A DNA stretch of 64,000 nucleotides from the human T2T-CHM13v2.0 reference genome, Homo sapiens, in NCBI GenBank assembly GCA_009914755.4, contig CP086569.2, positions 28,384,001-28,448,000 on the forward strand, given 5' to 3'. The notes beneath the pieces are model-generated. The model worked only from the letters and a program-made list of their open reading frames with translations. It made no database searches and was not told the DNA's origin. Each line of letters begins with the position of its first letter. Position 1 is the stretch's first letter. This document shows, in pieces, positions 14,234 to 28,364 of the stretch. A program made the translations under genes and the position numbers.

Positions 14234-17200
14234 ATGGAGTCAAATGGAATGGTCTGGAATGGAATGAACACGAATGTAATGCAATCCAATAGAATGGAAT
14301 CGAATGGCATGGAATATAAAGAAATGGAATCGAAGAGAATGGAAACAAACGGAATGGAATTGAATGGAATGGAATTGAATGGAATGGGAACGAATGGAGT
14401 GAAATTGTATGCAGTAGAAGAGAATAGAATGGAATGCAAGCGAAAGGAAAGGAATGGATTGGAATGGAATGGAATTCATTGGAATGGAAGGGAATGTAGT
14501 GTAATGGACAGGCCTGGAATAAAGTGGAATGCTACGGTCTCGAATGGAATAAAAATGTATGGAATGGAATGCAATGAAACGGAATCGAATGTCATAGAAT
14601 GTAATGGAATGCAAAAAAATGGACTCCAAAATCATTGACTGGAAAGGCTGGGTGTCGAAAGGAATTGACTCCAATGGAATGGAATCGAATGGAATGGAAG
14701 TGAATAGAATCGAACTAAATCGAATGGAATGGAATTGATAGGAACGGAATGGAAAGGAATGCAATGATTTGGCATGGAATGGAATCGAATGGCATCGAAT
14801 GGAATGGAATGGAATGCAATGGAATGGAATGTATTAGAATGTAATGAACTTTAATGGAATGTACTCGAATGGATTCGACTGGAATGGAATGTTCTGGAAG
14901 TGAATGGACTCCAATGGAATGGATTCAAAAGGAATGGAATCGTACGGAATGGAATCTAATGGAATGGAATTAAATGGAAATGAATGAAATTGAATAGCAC
15001 GGAATTGAATTGAATGGAATCGAATGCAATGGAATCTAATGAAACGGAAAGGAAAGGAATGGAATGGAATGGAATGGGCTGGAATGGAAAGGAATCGAAA
15101 CGAATGGAATGGAATCGAACTGAAGAGACTGGAATGGAATGCACTGGAATGGAAGGGAGTGTAATGGAGGGTTCTCGAAAAAAATGGAATCGAATGGAAT
15201 GGAATTGAATGGAACGGAATAGAGTCGAATGGAATTGAATGGAATGGAATGGACTAGAGTGAAATGGAATCGAACCACAAGGAATGGACAGGAATAGAAT
15301 GGTCTCGAATTGAATGGAATCGTATGGAATGGCATCAAACGGAATGGAATGCACTCGAATGCAATGGAGTCGAAACTAATGGACTGGAATAGAATGGACT
15401 CGACTGGTACGGACTCCAATGGAATGGATTCGAATGGAAGGGAATCGAACGGAATGGACTCGAAGGGAAAAGACTGCAATGGAAAGGTCTCGAATGGAAT
15501 GGAAATTAATGGAATGGAATGGAATCGAATGAAATGGAGTCAAAAGGAATGGAATCGAATGGCAAGAAATCGAATGTAATGGAATCGCAAGGAATTGATG
15601 TGAACGGAACGGAATGGAATGGAATCCAAAGGAATGGAATAGAATGGAATGGAATCGAATGGAAAGGACTCGAATGGAAATCACTCGAATAGAATGCAAT
15701 TTAATAAAATAAGATCAAATGTAATGTAATGGAATGGAAAGGAATCGAAACGAAAGGAATGGAGACAGATGGAATGGAATGGAACAGAGAGCAATGGTAT
15801 AGAATGGAATGGAATCATCTGGAATGGAATTGAATGGAATGGAATAATATGAAATGGAATGGAATGGAATGGAATGCCCTTGAATTAAATGGACTGGAAT
15901 GGAATGGACTCGAACAGAGTGGAATGGAAAGTGTTGAGATAGAATGGAATGGACTCCTTTGGAATGGTCTAGTATGCAATGCAATGGACTGGCAGGGAAT
16001 CAAAAGGAATGTAATCGAATGGATTGGACTGGAATGCAATGGACTCGAATAGATTGGAAACGGAATGCAAAGGAATGGAATGGAATAGTATGGAATGGAA
16101 TGGAAAGGAATGGAGTGGAATAGACTAGAGTGGAATGGAATGGACTCGAAAGCAATGGACTGGAATGGAACTTTCTTGAATGGACTGGAATCAAACGGAA
16201 TGGAATGCAATGCAATCAAATGGCATGGAATAAAACAGAATGAAAGAGAATCAAATGGAATTGAATCGAATGGAATCGAATGGATTGGAAAGGAATAGAG
16301 TGGAATGGAATGGAATTGACTCAAATGGAATGGACTAGAATGGAATGGATTCGAATGGAAGGCAAAGGAATGGAATCTATTGGAATGGACAGCAATGGAA
16401 TGGAAAGGAAGGGATTGGAATGGACTCGAATGGAATGGACTGCAATAGAAAGGATTCGAATGGAATGAAAAAGAATTGAATGGAATAGAACAGAATGGAA
16501 TCAAATCGAATGAAATGGAATGGAATAGAAAGGAATGGAATGAAATGGAATGGAAAGGATTCGAATGGAATGCAATCGAATGGAATGGAATCGAACGGAA
16601 TGGAATAAAATGGAAGCAAACTGGCAAGAAATGGAATCGAAATGAATGGAGTGTTATGGAACGGACTCAAAAGGAATTGAATGTAATAGAATGGAGTGGA
16701 GTGGACTCGAATATAATGGACTGGAATGGAATGAAATCACATGGAATGGGAACGAATGGAATGGAATGGAAAGGAATGGAATCGAATGGAAAGGAATCGA
16801 ATGGAAGGGAATGAAATTGAATCAACAGGAATGGAAGGGAATAGAATAGACGGTAATGGAATGGACTCGAATAGAATGGACACGAATGCTCAAATTGAAT
16901 GGACTCGAATGGAATGGAAACGAAAGGAATGTCATCGAATGGAATTGAATCGATTGGAATGAAATCGCATAGAATGGAGTGGAATCAAATGGAATTGAAT
17001 CGAAAGGAAAAGAAGCGAATGGACTGAAATGAAATGGAATGGAATTGAATGGAAAGTAAAGCAATGGAATAGAATGGAACGAAATTTCACGGAATGGAAT
17101 CAAACTGAATGGAATCAAATCAATGGAATATAATCAAATGGAATGGAAAGGAATTGAATGGAGTAGATGGGATTGGATGGGATTGGAATGAAATGTACTG

Positions 17201-17767
17201 GAAAGGACTCGAATTTCATGAAACGGAATGGAATGAATTGGAACGGAATGGACTCGAATGGAATGGAATGTCATGGAATGGCATCAAATGGAATGGCATC
17301 AAATGGAATGGAATCGAATGCAATGGAATGCTATGGAATGGAATGGAATGCATTGGAATGGAATGTCCTCTAATGGAATGGATTCGAGTGGAATGGAATC
17401 GAATATAATGGAGTCGAATGAAATGGAATTGAAAGGAATGGGATGGAATACAATGGAATATAGTGGAATGTAATGTAATGAACTCGAATGTAATTGACTG
17501 GAATGGAATGTACATGAATGGAATGTAATCGAATGGAAAGTAATCCAATGGAATAGAATCTAATGCAATAAAATCGACTCAGATAGAGTAGAATGTAATG
17601 GAATGGAGTGCAGTGCAATGGAATGGAATGGAATGGAATGCAATGGAATGGAATGGAATGGAATGGAATGGAATGGAATGGGATGGAATGGTATGGAATG
17701 GATAGTAATGGACTAGAGTGAAATGGACTGGAAAGGAATGGACTCAAATTGAAAGGGCTCGAAAGGA
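14234..17767. repeat. HOR copy 5 (3534 bp)
   Basis: Anchor ORF at 14234..14638 is identical in translation to copy 4. Confidence 0.9.
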
Positions 17768-20700
17768 ATGGAGTCAAATGGAATGGTCTGGAATGGAATG
17801 AACACGAATGTAATGCAATCCAATAGAATGGAATCGAATGGCATGGAATATAAAGAAATGGAATCGAAGAGAATGGAAACAAACGGAATGGAATTGAATG
17901 GAATGGAATTGAATGGAATGGGAACGAATGGAGTGAAATTGTATGCAGTAGAAGAGAATAGAGTGGAATGCAAGCGAAAGGAAAGGAATGGATTGGAATG
18001 GAATGGAATTCATTGGAATGGAAGGGAATGTAGTGTAATGGACAGGCCTGCAATAAAGTGGAATGCTACGGTCTCGAATGGAATAAAAATGTATGGAATG
18101 GAATGCAATGAAACGGAATCGAATGTCATAGAATGTAATGGAATGCAAAAAAATGGACTCCAAAATCATTGACTGGAAAGGCTGGGTGTCGAAAGGAATT
18201 GACTCCAATGGAATGGAATCGAATGGAATGGAAGTGAATAGAATCGAACTAAATCGAATGGAATGGAATTGATAGGAACGGAATGGAAAGGAATGAAATG
18301 ATTTGGTATGGAATGGAATCGAATGGCATCGAATGGAATGGAATGGAATGCAAGGCAATGTAATGTATTAGAATGTAATGAACTTTAATGGAATGTACTC
18401 GAATGGATTCGACTGGAATGGAATGTTCTGGAAGTGAATGGACTCCAATGGAATGGATTGAAAAGGAATGGAATCGTACGGAATGGAATCTAATGGAATG
18501 GAATTAAATGGAAATGAATCAAATTGAATAGCACGGAATTGAATTGAATGGAATCGAATGCAATGGAATCTAATGAAACGGAAAGGAAAGGAATGGAATG
18601 GAATGGAATGGGCTGGAATGGAAAGGAATCGAAACGAATGGAATGGAATCGAACTGAAGAGACTGGAATGGAATGCACTGGAATGGAAGGGAGTGTAATG
18701 GAAGGTTCTCGAAAAAAATGGAATCGAATGGAATGGAATTGAATGGAACGGAATAGAGTCGAATGGAATTGAATGGAATGGAATGGACTAGAGTGAAATG
18801 GAATCGAACCACAAGGAATGGACAGGAATAGAATGGTTTCGAATTGAACGGAATCGTATGGAATGGCATCAAACGGAATGGAATGGACAGCCACGGAATG
18901 GAATGCACTCGAATGCAATGGAGTCGAAACTAATGGACTGGAATAGAATGGACTCGACTGGTACGGACTCCAATGGAATGGAATCGAATGGAAGGGAATC
19001 GAACGGAATGGACTCGAAGGGAAAAGACTGCAATGGAAAGGTCTCGAATGGAATGGAAATTAATGGAATGGAATGGAATCGAATGAAATGGAGTCAAAAG
19101 GAATGGAATCGAATGGCAAGAAATCGAATGTAATGGAATCGCAAGGAATTGATGTGAACGGAACGGAATGGAATGGAATCCAAAGGAATGGAATAGAATG
19201 GAATGGAATCGAATGGAAAGGACTCGAATGGAAATCACTCGAATAGAATGCAATTTAATAAAATAGGATGAAATGTAATGGAATGGAATGGAAAGGAATC
19301 GAAACGAAAGGAATGGAGACAGATGGAATGGAATGGAACAGAGAGCAATGGTATAGAATGGAATGGAATCATCTGCAATGGAATTGAATGGAATGGAATA
19401 ACATGAAATGGAATGGAATGGAAAGAAATGCCCTTGAATTAAATGGACTGGAATGGAATGGACTCGAACAGAGTGGAATGGAAAGTGTTGAGATAGAATG
19501 GAATGGACTCCTTTGGAATGGTCTAGTATGCAATGCAATCGACTGGCAGGGAATCAAAAGGAATGTAATCGAATGGATTGGACTGCAATGCAATGGACTC
19601 GAATAGATTGGAAACGGAATGCAAAGGAATGGAATGGAATAGTATGGAATGGAATGGAAAGGAATGGAGTGGAATAGACTAGAGTGGAATGGAATGGACT
19701 CGAAAGCAATGGACTGGAATGGAACTTTCTTGAATGGACTGGAATCAAACGGAATGGAATGCAATGCAATCAAATGGCATGGAATAAAATAGAATTAAAG
19801 AGAATCAAATGGAATTGAATCGAATGGAATCGAATGGATTGGAAAGGAATAGAATGGAATGGAATGGAATTGACTCAAATGGAATGGATTCGAATGGAAG
19901 GCAAAGGAATGGAATCTATTGGAATGGACTGCAATGGAATGGAAAGGAAGGGATTGGAATGGACTCGAATGGAATGGACTGCAATAGAAAGGATTCGAAT
20001 GGAATGAAAAAGAATTGAATGGAATAGAACAGAATGGAATCAAATCGAATGAAATGGAATGGAATAGAAAGGAATGGAATGAAATGGAATGGAAAGGATT
20101 CGAATGGAATGCAATCGAATGGAATGGAATCGAACGGAATGGAATAAAATGGAAGCAAACTGGCAAGAAATGGAATCGAAATGAATGGAGTGTTATGGAA
20201 CGGACTCAAAAGGAATTGAATGTAATAGAATGGAGTGGAGTGGACTCGAATATAATGGACTGGAATGGAATGAAATCACATGGAATGGGAACGAATGGAA
20301 TGGAATGGAAAGGAATGGAATCGAATGGAAAGGAATCGAATGGAAGGGAATGAAATTGAATCAACAGGAATGGAAGGGAATAGAATAGACGGTAATGGAA
20401 TGGACTCGAATGGACACGAATGCTCAAATTGAATGGACTCGAATGGAATGGAAACGAAAGGAATGTCATCGAATGGAATTGAATCGATTGGAATGAAATC
20501 GCATAGAATGGAGTGGAATCAAATGGAATTGAATCGAAAGGAAAGGAAGCGAATGGACTGAAATGAAATGGAATGGAATTGAATGGAAAGTAAAGCAATG
20601 GAATAGAATGGAACGAAATTTCACGGAATGGAATCAAACTGAATGGAATCAAATCAATGGAATATAATCAAATGGAATGGAAAGGAATTGAATGGAGTAG

Positions 20701-21296
20701 ATGGGATTGGATGGGATTGGAATGAAATGTACTGGAAAGGACTCGAATTTCATGAAACGGAATGGAATGAATTGGAACGGAATGGACTCGAATGGAATGG
20801 AATGTCATGGAATGGCATCAAATGGAATGGCATCAAATGGCATGGAATCGAATGCAATGGAATGCTATGGAATGGAATGGAATGCATTGGAATGGAATGT
20901 TCTCTAATGGAATGGATTCGAGTGGAATGGAATCGAATATAATGGAGTCGAATGAAATGGAATTGAAAGGAATGGGATCGAATACAATGGAATATAGTGG
21001 AATGTAATGTAATGAACTCGAATGTAATTGACTGGAATGGAATGTACATGAATGGAATGTAATTGAATGGAAAGTAATCCAATGGAATAGAATCTAATGC
21101 AATAAAATCGACTCAGATAGAGTAGAATGTAATGGAATGGAGTGCAGTGCAATGGAATGGAATGGAATGGAATGCAATGGAATGGAATGGAATGGAATGG
21201 AATGGAATGGGATGGAATGGTATGGAATGGATAGTAATGGACTGGAGTGAAATGGACTGGAAAGGAATGGACTCAAATTGAAAGGGCTCGAAAGGA
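17768..21296. repeat. HOR copy 6 (3529 bp); 15-bp-deletion subtype; first unit of the duplicated dimer
   Basis: Anchor ORF at 17768..18172 (variant NRVECK). Rare variants MHSTLFSS, HSTIFHCIPSHS and GMGWNTMEYSGM are shared only with copy 8. Around 19.88 kb it lacks ggactagaatggaat. Confidence 0.9.
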
Positions 21297-24200
21297 ATGG
21301 AGTCAAATGGAATGGTCTGGAATGGAATGAACACGAATGTAATGCAATCCAATAGAATGGAATCGAATGGCATGGAATATAAAGAAATGGAATCGAAGAG
21401 AATGGAAACAAACGGAATGGAATTGAATGGAATGGAATTGAATGGAATGGGAACGAATGGAGTGAAATTGTATGCAGTAGAAGAAAATAGAATGGAATGC
21501 AAGCGAAAGGAAAAGAATGTATTGGAATGGAATGGAATTCATTGGAATGGAAGGGAATGTAGTGTAATGGACAGGCCTGGAATAAAGTGGAATGCTACGG
21601 TCTCGAATGGAATAAAAATGTATGGAATGGAATGCAATGAAACGGAATCGAATGTCATAGAATGTAATGGAATGCAAAAAAATGGAATCCAAAATCATTG
21701 ACTGGAAAGTCTGGATGTCGAAAGGAATTGACTCCAATGGAATGGAATCGAATGGAATGGAAGTGAATAGAATCGAACTAAATCGAATGGAATGGAATTG
21801 ATAGGAACGGAATGGAAAGGAATGAAATGATTTGGCATGGAATGGAATCGAATGGCATCGAATGGAATGGAATGGAATGCAATACAATGGAATGTATTAG
21901 AATGTAATGAACTTTAATGGAATGTACTCGAATGGATTCGACTGGAATGGAATGTTCTGGAAGTGAATGGACTCCAATGGAATGGATTGAAAAGGAATGG
22001 AATCGTACGGAATGGAATCTAATGGAATGGAATTAAATGGAAATGAATCAAATTGAATAGCACGGAATTGAATTGAATGGAATCGAATGCAATGGAATCT
22101 AATGAAACGGAAAGGAAAGGAATGGAATGGAATGGAATGGGCTGGAATGGAAAGGAATCGAAACGAATGGAATGGAAACGAACTGAAGAGACTGGAATGG
22201 AATGCACTGGAATGGAAGGGAGTGTAATGGAAGGTTCTCGAAAAAAGTGGAATCGAATGGAATGGAATTGAATGGAAGGGAATAGGGTCGAATGGAATTG
22301 AATGGAATGGAATGGACTAGAGTGAAATGGAATCGAACCACAAGGAATGGACAGGAATAGAATGGTCTCGAATTGAATGGAATCGTATGGAATGGCATCA
22401 AACGGAATGGAATGGAATGCACTCGAATGCAATGGAGTCGAAACTAATGGACTGGAATAGAATGGACTCGACTGGTACGGACTCCAATGGAATGGAATCG
22501 AATGGAAGGGAATCGAACGGAATGGACTCGAAGGGAAAAGACTGCAATGGAAAGGTCTCGAATGGAATGGAAATTAATGGAATGGAATGGAATCGAATGA
22601 AATGGAGTCAAAAGGAATGGAATCGAATGGCAAGAAATCGAATGTAATGGAATCGCAAGGAATTGATGTGAACGGAACTGAATGGAATGGAATCCAAAGG
22701 AATGGAATAGAATGGAATGGAATCGAATGGAAAGGACTCGAATGGAAATCACTCGAATAGAATGCAATTTAATAAAATAGGATGAAATGTAATGGAATGG
22801 AATGGAAAGGAATCGAAATGAAAGGAATGGAGACAGATGGAATGGAATGGAACAGAGAGCAATGGTATAGAATGGAATGGAATCATCTGGAATGGTATTG
22901 AATGGAATGGAATAACATGAAATGGAATGGAATGGAATGGAATGCCCTTTAATTAAATGGACTGGAATGGAATGGACTCGAACAGAGTGGAATGGAAAGT
23001 GTTGAGATAGAATGGAATGGACTCCTTTGGAATGGTCTAGTATGCAATGCAATCGACTGGCAGGGAATCAAAAGGAATGTAATGGAATGGATTGGACTGG
23101 AATGCAATGGACTCGAATAGATTGGAAACGGAATGCAAAGGAATGGAATGGAATAGTATGGAATGGAATGGAAAGGAATGGAGTGGAATAGACTAGAGTG
23201 GAATGGAATGGACTCGAAAGCAATGGACTGGAATGGAACTTTCTTGAATGGACTGGAATCAAACGGAATGGAATGCAATGCAATCAAATGGCATGGAATA
23301 AAACAGAATGAAAGAGAATCAAATGGAATTGAATCGAATGGAATCGAATGGATTGGAAAGGAATAGAGTGGAATGGAATGGAATTGACTCAAATGGAATG
23401 GACTAGAATGGAATGGATTCGAATGGAAGGCAAAGGAATGGAATCTATTGGAATGGACAGCAATGGAATGGAAAGGAAGGGATTGGAATGGACTCGAATG
23501 GAATGGACTGCAATAGAAAGGATTCGAATGGAATGAAAAAGAATTGAATGGAATAGAACAGAATGGAATCAAATCGAATGAAATGGAATGGAATAGAAAG
23601 GAATGGAATGAAATGGAATGGAAAGGATTCGAATGGAATGCAATCGAATGGAATGGAATCGAACGGAATGGAATAAAATGGAAGCAAACTGGCAAGAAAT
23701 GGAATCGAAATGAATGGAGTGTTATGGAACGGACTCAAAAGGAATTGAATGTAATAGAATGGAGTGGAGTGGACTCGAATATAATGGACTGGAATGGAAT
23801 GAAATCACATGGAATGGGAACGAATGGAATGGAATGGAAAGGAATGGAATCGAATGGAAAGGAATCGAATGGAAGGGAATGAAATTGAATCAACAGGAAT
23901 GGAAGGGAATAGAATAGACGGTAATGGAATGGACTCGAATAGAATGGACACGAATGCTCAAATTGAATGGACTCGAATGGAATGGAAACGAAAGGAATGT
24001 CATCGAATGGAATTGAATCGATTGGAATGAAATCGCATAGAATGGAGTGGAATCAAATGGAATTGAATCGAAAGGAAAAGAAGCGAATGGACTGAAATGA
24101 AATGGAATGGAATTGAATGGAAAGTAAAGCAATGGAATAGAATGGAACGAAATTTCACGGAATGGAATCAAACTGAATGGAATCAAATCAATGGAATATA

Positions 24201-24835
24201 ATCAAATGGAATGGAAAGGAATTGAATGGAGTAGATGGGATTGGATGGGATTGGAATGAAATGTACTGGAAAGGACTCGAATTTCATGAAACGGAATGGA
24301 ATGAATTGGAACGGAATGGACTCGAATGGAATGGAATGTCATGGAATGGCATCAAATGGAATGGCATCAAATGGAATGGAATCGAATGCAATGGAATGCT
24401 ATGGAATGGAATGGAATGCATTGGAATGGAATGTCCTCTAATGGAATGGATTCGAGTGGAATGGAATCGAATATAATGGAGTCGAATGAAATGGAATTGA
24501 AAGGAATGGGATGGAATACAATGGAATATAGTGGAATGTAATGTAATGAACTCGAATGTAATTGACTGGAATGGAATGTACATGAATGGAATGTAATCGA
24601 ATGGAAAGTAATCCAATGGAATAGAATCTAATGCAATAAAATCGACTCAGATAGAGTAGAATGTAATGGAATGGAGTGCAGTGCAATGGAATGGAATGGA
24701 ATGGAATGCAATGGAATGGAATGGAATGGAATGGAATGGAATGGAATGGGATGGAATGGTATGGAATGGATAGTAATGGACTAGAGTGAAATGGACTGGA
24801 AAGGAATGGACTCAAATTGAAAGGGCTCGAAAGGA
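21297..24835. repeat. HOR copy 7 (3539 bp); second unit of the duplicated dimer
   Basis: Anchor ORF at 21297..21701 (KEKNVLEWNG, NGIQNH). Its translation is identical to copy 10 and differs by one residue from copy 9. Confidence 0.9.
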
Positions 24836-27800
24836 ATGGAGTCAAATGGAATGGTCTGGAATGGAATGAACACGAATGTAATGCAATCCAATAGAATGGA
24901 ATCGAATGGCATGGAATATAAAGAAATGGAATCGAAGAGAATGGAAACAAACGGAATGGAATTGAATGGAATGGAATTGAATGGAATGGGAACGAATGGA
25001 GTGAAATTGTATGCAGTAGAAGAGAATAGAGTGGAATGCAAGCGAAAGGAAAGGAATGGATTGGAATGGAATGGAATTCATTGGAATGGAAGGGAATGTA
25101 GTGTAATGGACAGGCCTGGAATAAAGTGGAATGCTACGGTCTCGAATGGAATAAAAATGTATGGAATGGAATGCAATGAAACGGAATCGAATGTCATAGA
25201 ATGTAATGGAATGCAAAAAAATGGACTCCAAAATCATTGACTGGAAAGGCTGGGTGTCGAAAGGAATTGACTCCAATGGAATGGAATCGAATGGAATGGA
25301 AGTGAATAGAATCGAACTAAATCGAATGGAATGGAATTGATAGGAACGGAATGGAAAGGAATGAAATGATTTGGTATGGAATGGAATCGAATGGCATCGA
25401 ATGGAATGGAATGGAATGCAAGGCAATGTAATGTATTAGAATGTAATGAACTTTAATGGAATGTACTCGAATGGATTCGACTGGAATGGAATGTTCTGGA
25501 AGTGAATGGACTCCAATGGAATGGATTGAAAAGGAATGGAATCGTACGGAATGGAATCTAATGGAATGGAATTAAATGGAAATGAATCAAATTGAATAGC
25601 ACGGAATTGAATTGAATGGAATCGAATGCAATGGAATCTAATGAAACGGAAAGGAAAGGAATGGAATGGAATGGAATGGGCTGGAATGGAAAGGAATCGA
25701 AACGAATGGAATGGAATCGAACTGAAGAGACTGGAATGGAATGCACTGGAATGGAAGGGAGTGTAATGGAAGGTTCTCGAAAAAAATGGAATCGAATGGA
25801 ATGGAATTGAATGGAACGGAATAGAGTCGAATGGAATTGAATGGAATGGAATGGACTAGAGTGAAATGGAATCGAACCACAAGGAATGGACAGGAATAGA
25901 ATGGTTTCGAATTGAACGGAATCGTATGGAATGGCATCAAACGGAATGGAATGGACAGCCACGGAATGGAATGCACTCGAATGCAATGGAGTCGAAACTA
26001 ATGGACTGGAATAGAATGGACTCGACTGGTACGGACTCCAATGGAATGGAATCGAATGGAAGGGAATCGAACGGAATGGACTCGAAGGGAAAAGACTGCA
26101 ATGGAAAGGTCTCGAATGGAATGGAAATTAATGGAATGGAATGGAATCGAATGAAATGGAGTCAAAAGGAATGGAATCGAATGGCAAGAAATCGAATGTA
26201 ATGGAATCGCAAGGAATTGATGTGAACGGAACGGAATGGAATGGAATCCAAAGGAATGGAATAGAATGGAATGGAATCGAATGGAAAGGACTCGAATGGA
26301 AATCACTCGAATAGAATGCAATTTAATAAAATAGGATGAAATGTAATGGAATGGAATGGAAAGGAATCGAAACGAAAGGAATGGAGACAGATGGAATGGA
26401 ATGGAACAGAGAGCAATGGTATAGAATGGAATGGAATCATCTGCAATGGAATTGAATGGAATGGAATAACATGAAATGGAATGGAATGGAAAGAAATGCC
26501 CTTGAATTAAATGGACTGGAATGGAATGGACTCGAACAGAGTGGAATGGAAAGTGTTGAGATAGAATGGAATGGACTCCTTTGGAATGGTCTAGTATGCA
26601 ATGCAATCGACTGGCAGGGAATCAAAAGGAATGTAATCGAATGGATTGGACTGCAATGCAATGGACTCGAATAGATTGGAAACGGAATGCAAAGGAATGG
26701 AATGGAATAGTATGGAATGGAATGGAAAGGAATGGAGTGGAATAGACTAGAGTGGAATGGAATGGACTCGAAAGCAATGGACTGGAATGGAACTTTCTTG
26801 AATGGACTGGAATCAAACGGAATGGAATGCAATGCAATCAAATGGCATGGAATAAAATAGAATTAAAGAGAATCAAATGGAATTGAATCGAATGGAATCG
26901 AATGGATTGGAAAGGAATAGAATGGAATGGAATGGAATTGACTCAAATGGAATGGATTCGAATGGAAGGCAAAGGAATGGAATCTATTGGAATGGACTGC
27001 AATGGAATGGAAAGGAAGGGATTGGAATGGACTCGAATGGAATGGACTGCAATAGAAAGGATTCGAATGGAATGAAAAAGAATTGAATGGAATAGAACAG
27101 AATGGAATCAAATCGAATGAAATGGAATGGAATAGAAAGGAATGGAATGAAATGGAATGGAAAGGATTCGAATGGAATGCAATCGAATGGAATGGAATCG
27201 AACGGAATGGAATAAAATGGAAGCAAACTGGCAAGAAATGGAATCGAAATGAATGGAGTGTTATGGAACGGACTCAAAAGGAATTGAATGTAATAGAATG
27301 GAGTGGAGTGGACTCGAATATAATGGACTGGAATGGAATGAAATCACATGGAATGGGAACGAATGGAATGGAATGGAAAGGAATGGAATCGAATGGAAAG
27401 GAATCGAATGGAAGGGAATGAAATTGAATCAACAGGAATGGAAGGGAATAGAATAGACGGTAATGGAATGGACTCGAATGGACACGAATGCTCAAATTGA
27501 ATGGACTCGAATGGAATGGAAACGAAAGGAATGTCATCGAATGGAATTGAATCGATTGGAATGAAATCGCATAGAATGGAGTGGAATCAAATGGAATTGA
27601 ATCGAAAGGAAAGGAAGCGAATGGACTGAAATGAAATGGAATGGAATTGAATGGAAAGTAAAGCAATGGAATAGAATGGAACGAAATTTCACGGAATGGA
27701 ATCAAACTGAATGGAATCAAATCAATGGAATATAATCAAATGGAATGGAAAGGAATTGAATGGAGTAGATGGGATTGGATGGGATTGGAATGAAATGTAC

Positions 27801-28364
27801 TGGAAAGGACTCGAATTTCATGAAACGGAATGGAATGAATTGGAACGGAATGGACTCGAATGGAATGGAATGTCATGGAATGGCATCAAATGGAATGGCA
27901 TCAAATGGCATGGAATCGAATGCAATGGAATGCTATGGAATGGAATGGAATGCATTGGAATGGAATGTTCTCTAATGGAATGGATTCGAGTGGAATGGAA
28001 TCGAATATAATGGAGTCGAATGAAATGAAATTGAAAGGAATGGGATCGAATACAATGGAATATAGTGGAATGTAATGTAATGAACTCGAATGTAATTGAC
28101 TGGAATGGAATGTACATGAATGGAATGTAATTGAATGGAAAGTAATCCAATGGAATAGAATCTAATGCAATAAAATCGACTCAGATAGAGTAGAATGTAA
28201 TGGAATGGAGTGCAGTGCAATGGAATGGAATGGAATGGAATGCAATGGAATGGAATGGAATGGAATGGAATGGAATGGGATGGAATGGTATGGAATGGAT
28301 AGTAATGGACTGGAGTGAAATGGACTGGAAAGGAATGGACTCAAATTGAAAGGGCTCGAAAGGA
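24836..28364. repeat. HOR copy 8 (3529 bp); near-identical duplicate of copy 6
   Basis: Anchor ORF at 24836..25240. Minus-strand ORFs 25558..25986, 25998..26606, 26437..26841 and 26863..27234 translate identically to their copy-6 counterparts 7068 bp upstream. Confidence 0.9.
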
